In this document: positions 45,613 to 53,942 of the stretch, one piece after another
How positions within the stretch are numbered: position 1 is the first letter of the stretch
Layout: every line of letters begins with the position of its first letter
Source of the DNA: Candidatus Woesearchaeota archaeon
GTDB lineage: Archaea; Nanobdellota; Nanobdellia; Pacearchaeales; GW2011-AR1
Direction: 5' to 3'
Length of the DNA stretch: 64,000 nucleotides
Assembly (NCBI GenBank): GCA_964366325.1
Contig: CAYITD010000002.1
Coordinates: 32,428 to 96,427 of the forward strand
Translations under genes and position numbers: made by a program
Notes under the pieces: model-generated
Told to the model about the DNA's origin: nothing
What the model saw: the letters and a program-made list of their open reading frames with translations, nothing else
The model's database searches: none

Positions 45613-46572
45613 TTAAAAAGGAACATAGTTTAGTTTTAACAGTTTGCTATTAATTACTATTTCATAAGAATCAATTAGTCCAGAAAATTTCTCTTTGAAT
45701 TCATCTATAAATGAGTTAAGATCTTGAATGTCTGTAATTGCCATATTAATCTCAAAATCAAAATGACCTACTCTTTTTGTGCAGTACAGCACATTTTTCT
45801 TGTTTGTACACCAAATAACTAGGTCTTCTTCGTCTTTTTTACTTGCTCTCCTCATTTTTAACATCAATACATAATGATAGTATCCTAATTTTCCTAAATT
45901 AAAAAGAGCCCTATAAGAGTTAATTATATTAGAAGATAATTTTTTTAGACGGTACTTAATAATATCTGGAGTGAGTTTAGTTTTTTCTGCAATATCTAAA
46001 ATAGATAAATTTGATCTTTGTGATAGTAAACTAATTATTCTCTTGTCTTTTTCGTCTATGGTTATCGTTTCTTCTTCTCCAGAATACTTATCAAACTTAA
46101 TTTGTATTTCCTTTTGATCAAGAAGTAATTTGTTTAATTTGAATATTTTAGTGTAAACAATTATACTCACAAAATAGTCTTTAATAAAATCTCTAAATCT
46201 TGTTTTTACTTCTGTGAGAAAATTATCCAATTCTAAGATGTTTTTAACGGCTATTGCAATAGAATAGTCAAAAGACCCCTCAGTTTTCAAGCAATGAATA
46301 ATTGATTTATGATGTATCAGAAAATCAAAAAAAGGTTTTTCAGAGGTTTTTGTAGAAAACTGTGTCTTAAAATAAATCTTGTAAGTTTTATATCCTAATT
46401 TACCAAGATTTATAGAGCAAATATAGTTTGATATTATGCCTTTATCTTCTAAATTTTTTATCCTATATGCTGCTACGTTTCTTCCTATTCGTAATTCGTG
46501 AGCTATTTGAGAGACTGGCTTTCTACAATTCATATCCAAAGCACACATTATTTTCTTATCTATCAAGTCCAT
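45613..46572 (-). CDS. Tandem-duplicated Lrp/AsnC-type HTH transcriptional regulator
   Basis: IDKKIMCALDMNCRKPVSQIAHELRIGRNVAAYRIKNLEDKGII plus a second HTH (RIISLLSQRSNLSILDIAEKT); a paralog of 3989..4975. Confidence 0.7.
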   Translation of the reverse strand: MDLIDKKIMCALDMNCRKPVSQIAHELRIGRNVAAYRIKNLEDKGIISNYICSINLGKLGYKTYKIYFKTQFSTKTSEKPFFDFLIHHKSIIHCLKTEGSFDYSIAIAVKNILELDNFLTEVKTRFRDFIKDYFVSIIVYTKIFKLNKLLLDQKEIQIKFDKYSGEEETITIDEKDKRIISLLSQRSNLSILDIAEKTKLTPDIIKYRLKKLSSNIINSYRALFNLGKLGYYHYVLMLKMRRASKKDEEDLVIWCTNKKNVLYCTKRVGHFDFEINMAITDIQDLNSFIDEFKEKFSGLIDSYEIVINSKLLKLNYVPF

Positions 46573-46665
46573 ATTATAGATTACAGGTAAATTATTTATA
46601 AATCTTACCTATTTTGCTTAAAATATGGAAGCAGATTATAATTAGGTATTTTTCTACAATAGACT

Positions 46666-47811
46666 ATGAAAAGACAAGCAATATATGCATTATCAGGAGA
46701 CCCAATACATTATGGTCATATAGACATAGTGGAAAGAGCGTCGAAAATATTTGATAAAGTTGTTGTGGGAATTGGTGTTAATCTTTCTAAGAAATACTTG
46801 TTTAGCTTAGAGGAAAGGCTTGATCTGGTTAGAAAAGCATTAGTCTCTGTTCCAAATGTTGAGGTAAAATCGTTTCAAGGGTTACTTGTAGATTATGCTG
46901 CCGAGAATGGAATAGCAACTGTAGTAAAAGGAATCAGAGGAGAATCAGATTTAGACTATGAATTAATGCTTCATCATGTTGGAGAAAGCCAGAGGCTTGG
47001 AATAGACACTTTCTTTATACCTGCAAAGCAAGAAATGACTCACTTTAGCTCAAGCGCAGTTAAGGCGCTCCAGATAGAACAAGGATTGGTACACGGGTAT
47101 GTTCCCTTGAATGTCAAACAAGCACTTGAAGAAAAGATGTCTGGCCAGCATATTTTAGGTTTGACTGGTGAAATTGGAGTTGGTAAGTCTTATGTTGGAA
47201 AAAGATTTGAAACCTTAGCCAAAAATAAAGGATTAGAAGCACATAATATAGAATTAGATAGCATAAGCCATCAAATTCTCGGAGAGTTAAAAGAAGAACT
47301 ATATGCAGATACTAGAGACCAAATAGCTGCTGAATTTGGAGAATGTGTTAGAACTCGGGAAGGAATAATTGATAGAAAGGCTTTAGGAGAGATTGTTTTC
47401 CATGACTCTTCAAAAATGAATAGATTAAACCAATTAATGTATACTCCTTTATTGGTAAAACTCAGAAGAGAATTATATGGTAAAAAAGGACTGATAATTC
47501 TCAATGCTGCTTTGTTGGCAGAATCAAAGATGACTTATTTATGCAATAATAATGTTGTGCTGGTTTCTGCTAAAGAAGAAATTCAGGCAAGAAGATTGGA
47601 ACAAAGAGATCTTTCTCCAGATCAAGTTCTAAGAAGAAAGGAAAGCCAATATGACACAGAAGAAAAAGCTTCAACTCTGAGAAAAAGAATAGAATTAGAT
47701 CGCCACGGAAAACTTTGGGAACTGGACAACTCTGAGGGAAAAGAAGAGATTGATGAAACATTATGTGACGTATTAAATTATTTCAATCTCGGGGGTGAAA
47801 ATGAACGCTAG
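46666..47811 (+). CDS. Fusion of bacterial-type phosphopantetheine adenylyltransferase (CoaD) and dephospho-CoA kinase (CoaE)
   Basis: The N-terminus has AIYALSGDPIHYGHIDIVERAS (T/HxGH nucleotidyltransferase). The C-terminal half has ILGLTGEIGVGKSYVG (P-loop of CoaE). Confidence 0.8.
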   Translation: MKRQAIYALSGDPIHYGHIDIVERASKIFDKVVVGIGVNLSKKYLFSLEERLDLVRKALVSVPNVEVKSFQGLLVDYAAENGIATVVKGIRGESDLDYELMLHHVGESQRLGIDTFFIPAKQEMTHFSSSAVKALQIEQGLVHGYVPLNVKQALEEKMSGQHILGLTGEIGVGKSYVGKRFETLAKNKGLEAHNIELDSISHQILGELKEELYADTRDQIAAEFGECVRTREGIIDRKALGEIVFHDSSKMNRLNQLMYTPLLVKLRRELYGKKGLIILNAALLAESKMTYLCNNNVVLVSAKEEIQARRLEQRDLSPDQVLRRKESQYDTEEKASTLRKRIELDRHGKLWELDNSEGKEEIDETLCDVLNYFNLGGENER

Positions 47812-48442
47812 ATACGAAGATTTTGGAAAGTTTTTGGAAATGTGGTTCGCTTTACATTTAGATAATCCAAAAGTAGATCCTTATCGGATTAAAGCTAATC
47901 TTGATGTAATCTATAGTTCAGCAGGAAGATATTATCATAATGCGACGCACATCAATGACGGATTAGTGGAACTAGATTCTGTTAGAGATTTAACCGCCAA
48001 ACCAGAAGAAGTTGAAGTGGCTTGGTATTTTCATGATGTTGTTTATGATTCTAAGGCTAAAGATAATGAAGAAAAAAGCGCAGAATTAGCTAGAAAAGTT
48101 TTAGCTGATAGTGGAGTCAACTTAGAAAGAATTTCAAGAGTAGGAAATTTAGTTCTTGCTACAAAACATCTTATAGTTCCAACTAAGAGAGATGCGCAAG
48201 TTCTTGTTGATATAGATTTGTCTATATTGGGTAAATCTGGAGAAGTTTTTGATGAATATGAGAGCAATATTAGAAAAGAATATTCTTGGGTTCCAGAAGA
48301 TCAATTTAGAGCTGGTAGGAAAGCCGTCTTGAGAGCTTTCTCAAAAAGACCCATACTATATTCAACAGAGTTTTTTAGAGATAAATATGAAGATAAAGCT
48401 AGAGAAAATCTTGCAAGATCTATAAATCAACTTTCAGGTTAA
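47801..48442 (+). CDS. HD-superfamily phosphohydrolase-like protein (COG4339-like)
   Basis: RYYHNATHI, WYFHDVVYD, NEEKSAELA and LATKH follow the COG4339 pattern recalled from memory. Confidence 0.5.
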   Translation: MNARYEDFGKFLEMWFALHLDNPKVDPYRIKANLDVIYSSAGRYYHNATHINDGLVELDSVRDLTAKPEEVEVAWYFHDVVYDSKAKDNEEKSAELARKVLADSGVNLERISRVGNLVLATKHLIVPTKRDAQVLVDIDLSILGKSGEVFDEYESNIRKEYSWVPEDQFRAGRKAVLRAFSKRPILYSTEFFRDKYEDKARENLARSINQLSG

Positions 48443-48443
48443 A

Positions 48444-48800
48444 ATGAGCATCTTAGAGGAACTTGTAAAAAAATTACCTTGGGAGGAAGGTAGACAAAAA
48501 ACAGGTTATAAAAAAATTAAACTTCTTGAGTCCGAAAGATTGAATTTTGATTGCTATTTACTTTACTATCCAGAAGGAAGTGAGATCCCTCAGCATTTTG
48601 ATAAAGTTGAATCTGGTAGACATTACAGGATGAATATTGTTCTGAAAAAAGCAGATGTTGGAGGAGATTTTGTTTGTCAGGACGTTATATTTAGCAAGTA
48701 CCGAACAAATATTTTTAGGCCAGATATAGCAGAACATAGCGTGACAAAAATTGAAAAGGGTTACAGATTAGTTTTGTCTATTGGATGGTTAAAAGAATAG
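48444..48800 (+). CDS. Small double-stranded beta-helix (2OG-Fe(II) oxygenase-like) protein
   Basis: Candidate HxD...H triad (PQHFDKV ... AEHSV); 118 aa. Confidence 0.35.
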   Translation: MSILEELVKKLPWEEGRQKTGYKKIKLLESERLNFDCYLLYYPEGSEIPQHFDKVESGRHYRMNIVLKKADVGGDFVCQDVIFSKYRTNIFRPDIAEHSVTKIEKGYRLVLSIGWLKE

Positions 48801-48810
48801 GATGTTTTTC

Positions 48811-48926
48811 AGTTACACGCTCCCCAATCAATTACCCGGAAAACACACAAAAATTCATCAAAAATTTCCCTAAAATTATCTAATTATTTTATCGCCTATA
48901 AAAAATTACGCGAGGAGCGTGCAACT
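48811..48926. repeat. 116-bp AT-rich segment bounded by 13-bp imperfect inverted repeats (AGTTACACGCTCC / GGAGCGTGCAACT)
   Basis: Read directly: 12 of 13 positions are complementary and the interior is very AT-rich. It lies in a 194-bp gap between convergent genes. Confidence 0.4.
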
Positions 48927-48994
48927 AGCGTTTATCGTAGATAAGATATATACGCCTCCACGAGTTTGTTAACTCCCCCCTTCACATACAATAA

Positions 48995-49567
48995 TCAGTT
49001 ATCCCTTCTTCTCCTCAAATAATTAACAAGTTCATCTGATACTCTTGGCTTTCCATTTACAATTGGATAAGAATAGGGAAGAATTGTCGATTCAATTCCA
49101 TTTATCCTTATTTCTATTTCATTTTTAAATTTTAAATCTCCAAATTTCTTCCCATGCAGTATCTCAGAAACAACAAAAACCGCATTATCCGTGCTTAGTT
49201 GTTCTTTTCCAATATTTCTTGATTCTGCTAAATTAAGAAACTGTGTAAGCTCTTCCTTAGTTCTTTTTCTTGGAGGGTAGTCTCCTAAAATGCCTCCAAA
49301 AACAAAGTATTCAAACTTCTCTTTATCTGAAGTTTCCAAAGTTTTTTTCGCTTCAGGATCAAGGATGCAAACCTTTTTCAAATTCATACTTTTGATAGAT
49401 TCTCTGAAAACTTTACCATAATTTTCAAGTTCCTTCGAACCTCTCTTCACATTAGTTATCCACAAATAATCTTTTCCTACAATTTTTGAAATACTTTTAT
49501 ACTCTATGACGCACCACTTCCACATTCTTTGTTCCATATGTTCTATTATGAAAATAGGTTTTCCCAT
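48995..49567 (-). CDS. Possible SPOUT-class RNA methyltransferase (DUF431-like)
   Basis: FIIEHMEQRMWKWCVIEYKSI resembles the DUF431 N-terminus; a weak, memory-based call. Confidence 0.35.
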   Translation of the reverse strand: MGKPIFIIEHMEQRMWKWCVIEYKSISKIVGKDYLWITNVKRGSKELENYGKVFRESIKSMNLKKVCILDPEAKKTLETSDKEKFEYFVFGGILGDYPPRKRTKEELTQFLNLAESRNIGKEQLSTDNAVFVVSEILHGKKFGDLKFKNEIEIRINGIESTILPYSYPIVNGKPRVSDELVNYLRRRRDN

Positions 49568-49568
49568 T

Positions 49569-50627
49569 CTACAAATATCTCCTAAAATAATAAAAAATTA
49601 TTTCTATAATTTTTCCAAAAGAAGACCTTCTTTTCCATTCATCATAACTAAAAGGTTCTGAATGTTTTAAGCTTTCAAGAAAATATTTTTTCAATTCTCC
49701 AATTAGCTTTTTATCATTACCCGTTAAATTTATATCATACTGATGTATAAAACTCCTATAATCTAAATTTGATGAACCTAGAATAAAGAAAGAATCATCC
49801 ACTATCATTAACTTAGAATGTAGTTTACTTTTTTTATAATAATGTATATTTATACCTTTATTGTGCAAATCGCCTAAATAAGCATTTCTAGCAATATCAA
49901 CAACACGAACATCTGATATGTATGGTAAAATTATATCTACTTTTACTTTCCTTCTGACAGCTCTTTGCAAAGCTCTCCTTATTTTTTTAGAGGGAATAAA
50001 GAAAGGAGTCTCTATAAAAATATTCTTTTTTGCTCTTTTTATAAGATGAATGTATTTTTTCTCTGCAGCCCTCTCAATATTATGTGGAAAATCTTCAACT
50101 ATTTCAAAACCTTTGTTTAAATAATATTTAATCTTTCTTCTAGTAATTTTTCCAGCTGATCTCCAACTCCTTAAAAAAGAAGATCTAAAAGCCCTAGCAG
50201 AAGACCCATTAATTCTTAAAACAAGCTCTCTCCAATCTAAACACTTTGCAGTTATATTAGCGGAACCAAGATAAACAATTTTATCATCTACTATTAACAA
50301 CTTCCTATGATTCCTCTCATGATTTTTTGTAAAAACTCTTACAACATATTTAAACTCTCTAAAAAATCTTACTCTGCCCCCGCTATTGACTATTTTTTTA
50401 AAAAAGTCTTTCTTAGCGCTTGAGCCCCAAGCATCAACAAGGATCTTTACTCTAACTCCTTCCTTAACTTTCTTGTAAAGAGCCTCTCTGAATAATTTGC
50501 CTATATAATCATCATTATAGATATAAGTTTCCAAGTACACTTTTCGTTTAGCGTTCAATATATCTTTCAACATAGAATTATAAAAAACCCTTGGAGCAGA
50601 ATAAACTTTAAAATTTTCCATCCACAA
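49569..50627 (-). CDS. Phospholipase D family protein (cardiolipin synthase-like, two HKD motifs)
   Basis: NHRKLLIVDDKIVYLGSANI and LHSKLMIVDDSFFILGSSNLD. Confidence 0.85.
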   Translation of the reverse strand: MWMENFKVYSAPRVFYNSMLKDILNAKRKVYLETYIYNDDYIGKLFREALYKKVKEGVRVKILVDAWGSSAKKDFFKKIVNSGGRVRFFREFKYVVRVFTKNHERNHRKLLIVDDKIVYLGSANITAKCLDWRELVLRINGSSARAFRSSFLRSWRSAGKITRRKIKYYLNKGFEIVEDFPHNIERAAEKKYIHLIKRAKKNIFIETPFFIPSKKIRRALQRAVRRKVKVDIILPYISDVRVVDIARNAYLGDLHNKGINIHYYKKSKLHSKLMIVDDSFFILGSSNLDYRSFIHQYDINLTGNDKKLIGELKKYFLESLKHSEPFSYDEWKRRSSFGKIIEIIFYYFRRYL

Positions 50628-50725
50628 TAAAAATAGTATCTTTTCTTATATCTTTTGGTTCAAAAGTAGAATAATAAGATGAAAATCACAAAAAAACTTA
50701 AATACCTAATAAATGAGTTGATTTT

Positions 50726-51112
50726 ATGGTAAAAGATGATATAACAAGAAATTTTGAATTTATTTACACAGGTGTTGGAGGGCGTGCAAATATAGATAGG
50801 GATAGAGACTTACCCTTAAGTGTTATTAGAGACCTTGGAGGAAGAGAGCGAATAATTATCATTGAAAAAGGTAATGAAAGAATAGGAAATGCCTCAACAC
50901 AATCAGATTATGAGTTTAGAGTAATGAGTTTTCCAGACTCAAGAATGAGAGCATATGTAACCAGAGAAACTTTTCCAGATTCAAAAGAGGATAGTGGTAG
51001 AAGACCTTCTGATGTAACAAGAGTAAGACTATGTAATTATGATCTAGAAAGCGAAGAAGCGTTTACAAGAGAAGTTTCTCTTGCACTTGATAAACTTCCT
51101 AGAATTTCATAA
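50726..51112 (+). CDS. Hypothetical protein (128 aa)
   Basis: Intact ORF; no family recognised. Confidence 0.35.
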   Translation: MVKDDITRNFEFIYTGVGGRANIDRDRDLPLSVIRDLGGRERIIIIEKGNERIGNASTQSDYEFRVMSFPDSRMRAYVTRETFPDSKEDSGRRPSDVTRVRLCNYDLESEEAFTREVSLALDKLPRIS

Positions 51113-51123
51113 TGAATCATCTT

Positions 51124-51354
51124 TTAGTTTTCAGGTTCATAAGTTTTTTGCATTTCATCTGCAATACTTAAAACTGATTCAGCAATAAACCCTCGTGAAC
51201 CTACTAACTCTTCTTCTCCAATTGGAGACAAAAAAGCCAAATCATATTCACGACCAGTAGTTGAATCCTCTAATCCTCTTCTTGACGATAAAGCTCTTCG
51301 TCTATCATAACAAATAGGTCTTACTTGTAACTCACTCGTATTAAATATAACCAA
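51124..51354 (-). CDS. Hypothetical protein (76 aa)
   Basis: Intact ORF convergent with the previous gene; no family recognised. Confidence 0.3.
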   Translation of the reverse strand: MVIFNTSELQVRPICYDRRRALSSRRGLEDSTTGREYDLAFLSPIGEEELVGSRGFIAESVLSIADEMQKTYEPEN

Positions 51355-51470
51355 AGATGATTTATATAATTATCCATAATTTTTTGAGCCTAGTTATTAG
51401 AAAGTAGAATACTTTAAAAGTATCAAACAGCTTAGATAAAAAATAGTCTATATAACTGGGAAAGAAGTAA

Positions 51471-51878
51471 ATGATAAGAAAATCAAAAATTTCAGACATA
51501 AAAGAGATAAAAAAGCTAATTGACAATACTAAAGAAATGGATACAACTCAAGAAACATTTTCCGAGGATTATTTTAAAAGATTGGTAAAAAAAGGTATAA
51601 TACTTCTAGCAGAAGAAGATAACAGTATAATAGGTATTTGTTTTGGAACATATAATAAGAAAGAAAAGTGGGCAGATTTACTAGGATTAATGGTGAAGAT
51701 AGAATATAGAAAAAAAGGAATTGGGTCTGCTCTAGTTAAAGAATTTGAAAAAATAGCAAAACTTAACAAATTAAAAACGATTGATTTATTTGCAGACAAA
51801 CAACAAATTAATTTATTTAACAGTTTAGGCTATAAAAAAGGCAGAGTTTATACAGCTCTTAGGAAAAAACTAAACTAA
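51471..51878 (+). CDS. GNAT family N-acetyltransferase
   Basis: YRKKGIGSALV (motif A Q/RxxGxG/A) and C-terminal LGYKK. Confidence 0.75.
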   Translation: MIRKSKISDIKEIKKLIDNTKEMDTTQETFSEDYFKRLVKKGIILLAEEDNSIIGICFGTYNKKEKWADLLGLMVKIEYRKKGIGSALVKEFEKIAKLNKLKTIDLFADKQQINLFNSLGYKKGRVYTALRKKLN

Positions 51879-51906
51879 TACACAAATCTCTCAAAAAAGC
51901 AATTTC

Positions 51907-52251
51907 CTAAGTTTTATAATTAAACCTCTTAGCGTAGTTTTTATGATCAAAATATTCCATAATAACGGCTAAAATTTCAGATTCATTTGTTGCAATAGAA
52001 TAAACAAGTCGCCAACCATCAGGCAAGGGATACCACCACAAGTTATCAATATTATATTTTTTAATATATTCCAAAAGAATTAATCTTTTTTCTATTTTAT
52101 TTCCACGAAAAGCGTTTTCCTTCAAATTTTCAATTGCCCTTTGTATTCCTTTCTTTATAGGGTGCTTTTCTGGAAGAGAGACAAAATCATCTTCTAAATT
52201 CTGTTCTACAAACTTAACCTCTTTTGCCGGTTTAATCAGCATACATATCAA
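51907..52251 (-). CDS. RelE/ParE-like type II toxin
   Basis: The C-terminal NLWWYPLPDGWRLVYSIATNESEILAVIMEYFDHKNY follows the RelE-fold pattern. There is an ATGA overlap with the upstream gene. Confidence 0.55.
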   Translation of the reverse strand: MICMLIKPAKEVKFVEQNLEDDFVSLPEKHPIKKGIQRAIENLKENAFRGNKIEKRLILLEYIKKYNIDNLWWYPLPDGWRLVYSIATNESEILAVIMEYFDHKNYAKRFNYKT

Positions 52252-52565
52252 TATGCTTTTCTATTTTTAAGCTTCTCTATCAAACTTGGGTTCCAAACAT
52301 AAATCATATAATCCTCTTTATCAATTCCAATCTTATTATTGTTCCACAAATATTGCAAAATGACATTGAATGTTCCCCACATTATCTTTCTTGGTAAACT
52401 ATGAAACAATTCTGTTTTCTTATACTCTCCACTATGTTCTTTGATGAACTCCTCGACCATCACTAAAGTATCCAATCTAGGGCTTCTGGATATTATATTT
52501 TCTACATTAAATTTCATTTCTTTTATTTCTTGTTCAACCATATTATATATTGATAATATTATCAA
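52248..52565 (-). CDS. Candidate cognate antitoxin (about 97-105 aa, wHTH-like)
   Basis: Position and translational coupling with the RelE-like gene; no motif recognised. Confidence 0.4.
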   Translation of the reverse strand: MIILSIYNMVEQEIKEMKFNVENIISRSPRLDTLVMVEEFIKEHSGEYKKTELFHSLPRKIMWGTFNVILQYLWNNNKIGIDKEDYMIYVWNPSLIEKLKNRKAY

Positions 52566-52620
52566 TTGATTATATAAATGTTTCTACTCAATTCACTTAA
52601 ATTATAGTAAAAACTTGCAC

Positions 52621-52671
52621 CTTCCATAAACCCTTTTTTGTCCATCAACTGTCCACAAACTATCCATTAAT
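52621..52671. repeat. Helically phased 11-bp direct repeats (CTTCCATAAAC ... TGTCCATCAAC TGTCCACAAAC TATCCATTAAT)
   Basis: Three contiguous copies at 52639-52671 plus one copy at 52621-52631. They lie in the divergent intergenic region between the TA pair and the nuclease gene. Confidence 0.5.
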
Positions 52672-52737
52672 TATCAAACGAATTAGCTAAAGGCTTTTAT
52701 ATATATTAATCTTAACTTTTTAGTAATAGGAGACTAC

Positions 52738-53385
52738 ATGAAATTCAAACTTTCACACTCAAGTTTAAGTTTAATGGAAGAATGCCAGAGATGTTTTTGG
52801 TTAGATAAACATGGCAAGTGGAATAGACCAAAAGGTATTTTTCCCTCACTTCCCTCTGGAATGGATGGAATTTTAAAGAATCATTTTGATAAATTCAGAG
52901 ACAGAGGAGAATTACCTCCAGAAATTAGAAACCATCAGCATACAAAAGGCTTAAAGTTATTCAATGAATCAGAGTTATTAAAAGTCTGGAGAAGTAATTT
53001 TAAAGGAATTAGATGGGAAGATAAAAAAGGAAACGTGCTTTCTGGCGCAGTAGATAACATTTTAGTTAAAGGAAAGAAACTGATTGTTTTAGATTATAAG
53101 ACTAGAGGTTTTGCTGTAAAAGAGGACACAGCAGACCACTATCAGAATCAATTAGACTTCTATAACTTCCTATTAAGGAAGAACGGACATGAAACAGAAG
53201 ACTATGCGTTCTTATTGTTTTATTATCCTAAAGAAGTAATGGAAGATGGAAAAGTGGCATTTGATTCTTTACTAGCTAAAAGAGAGGTAAATGTCAAGAA
53301 CGCAGAAAAGATATTTGAGAACGCAATAAAGTTATTAAACTCTGGATGCCCTAAGAAAAGTTGTGAGTGGTGTGATGGCAAGTAA
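52738..53385 (+). CDS. PD-(D/E)XK nuclease, Cas4/RecB-like with terminal Cys clusters
   Basis: N-terminal HSSLSLMEECQRCFW, core GAVDNILV...LIVLDYKT, QNQLDFYNFLL, and C-terminal CPKKSCEWC. Confidence 0.7.
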   Translation: MKFKLSHSSLSLMEECQRCFWLDKHGKWNRPKGIFPSLPSGMDGILKNHFDKFRDRGELPPEIRNHQHTKGLKLFNESELLKVWRSNFKGIRWEDKKGNVLSGAVDNILVKGKKLIVLDYKTRGFAVKEDTADHYQNQLDFYNFLLRKNGHETEDYAFLLFYYPKEVMEDGKVAFDSLLAKREVNVKNAEKIFENAIKLLNSGCPKKSCEWCDGK

Positions 53386-53851
53386 TAATATTGGTCTAGC
53401 GGGGGAATTCTATGCTATGCATAAACTATTTCTACAAGGTTATGAAGCAAGTCTAACTCTTGGAAATACTAAGGGGATAGACATACTGGTTTACAATCCC
53501 AAAAACGAAAAACAGTTTAAAGTTGAAGTTAAGACATCTACTACAATAGCTAATGAAAAATTATTTGGAAAAAACATGAGATGGATTATGAATAAAAAAC
53601 ATGAGAGGATTGAAAATAAAAATTTAATCTACTGCTTTGTTTTTATAGATAAAACTGGAAAGGGAAAAACTAGAATTTTCTTTTATCGCCCAGAAGATAT
53701 TAATCTATACATTTATACTCAACACAAAAAATGGTTACACGCAGTGCATAAAAGAAAAGTCAAGGATACAGATATGAGAACATTTAGAATTGATTTAGAA
53801 CATGTGGATAAGAACAAGTTTCAGGATAATTTTAAGATTTTTGAAGAATAA
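53375..53851 (+). CDS. Small PD-(D/E)XK-fold (Hjc/restriction-endonuclease-like) protein
   Basis: GLAGEFYAMHKLFLQGYEASL...KGIDILVYNP...FKVEVKTS gives a D-x(n)-E-x-K arrangement. It overlaps the upstream nuclease by 11 nt. Confidence 0.5.
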   Translation: MASNNIGLAGEFYAMHKLFLQGYEASLTLGNTKGIDILVYNPKNEKQFKVEVKTSTTIANEKLFGKNMRWIMNKKHERIENKNLIYCFVFIDKTGKGKTRIFFYRPEDINLYIYTQHKKWLHAVHKRKVKDTDMRTFRIDLEHVDKNKFQDNFKIFEE

Positions 53852-53942
53852 GGATTTGTTTAATAACTACCTACACGAAGCCAGATTATTTCATATTTTT
53901 GAGAGAAATAAGGTTTTTATAGATTGTTTTTATTGTGTAAGT

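Noticed and set aside
48811-48926. Archaeal C/D box sRNA
   Set aside because: A UGAUGA (C-box-like) occurs on the minus strand (complement of 48855-48860). No CUGA D/D' boxes occur at the expected spacing.
53802-53942. N-terminal extension of the type IIG ORF in the track (1047 aa)
   Set aside because: The extension overlaps the preceding gene's 3' end and then crosses a spacer containing TATA-like sequence. The first ATG with a sensible N-terminus is at 53943.
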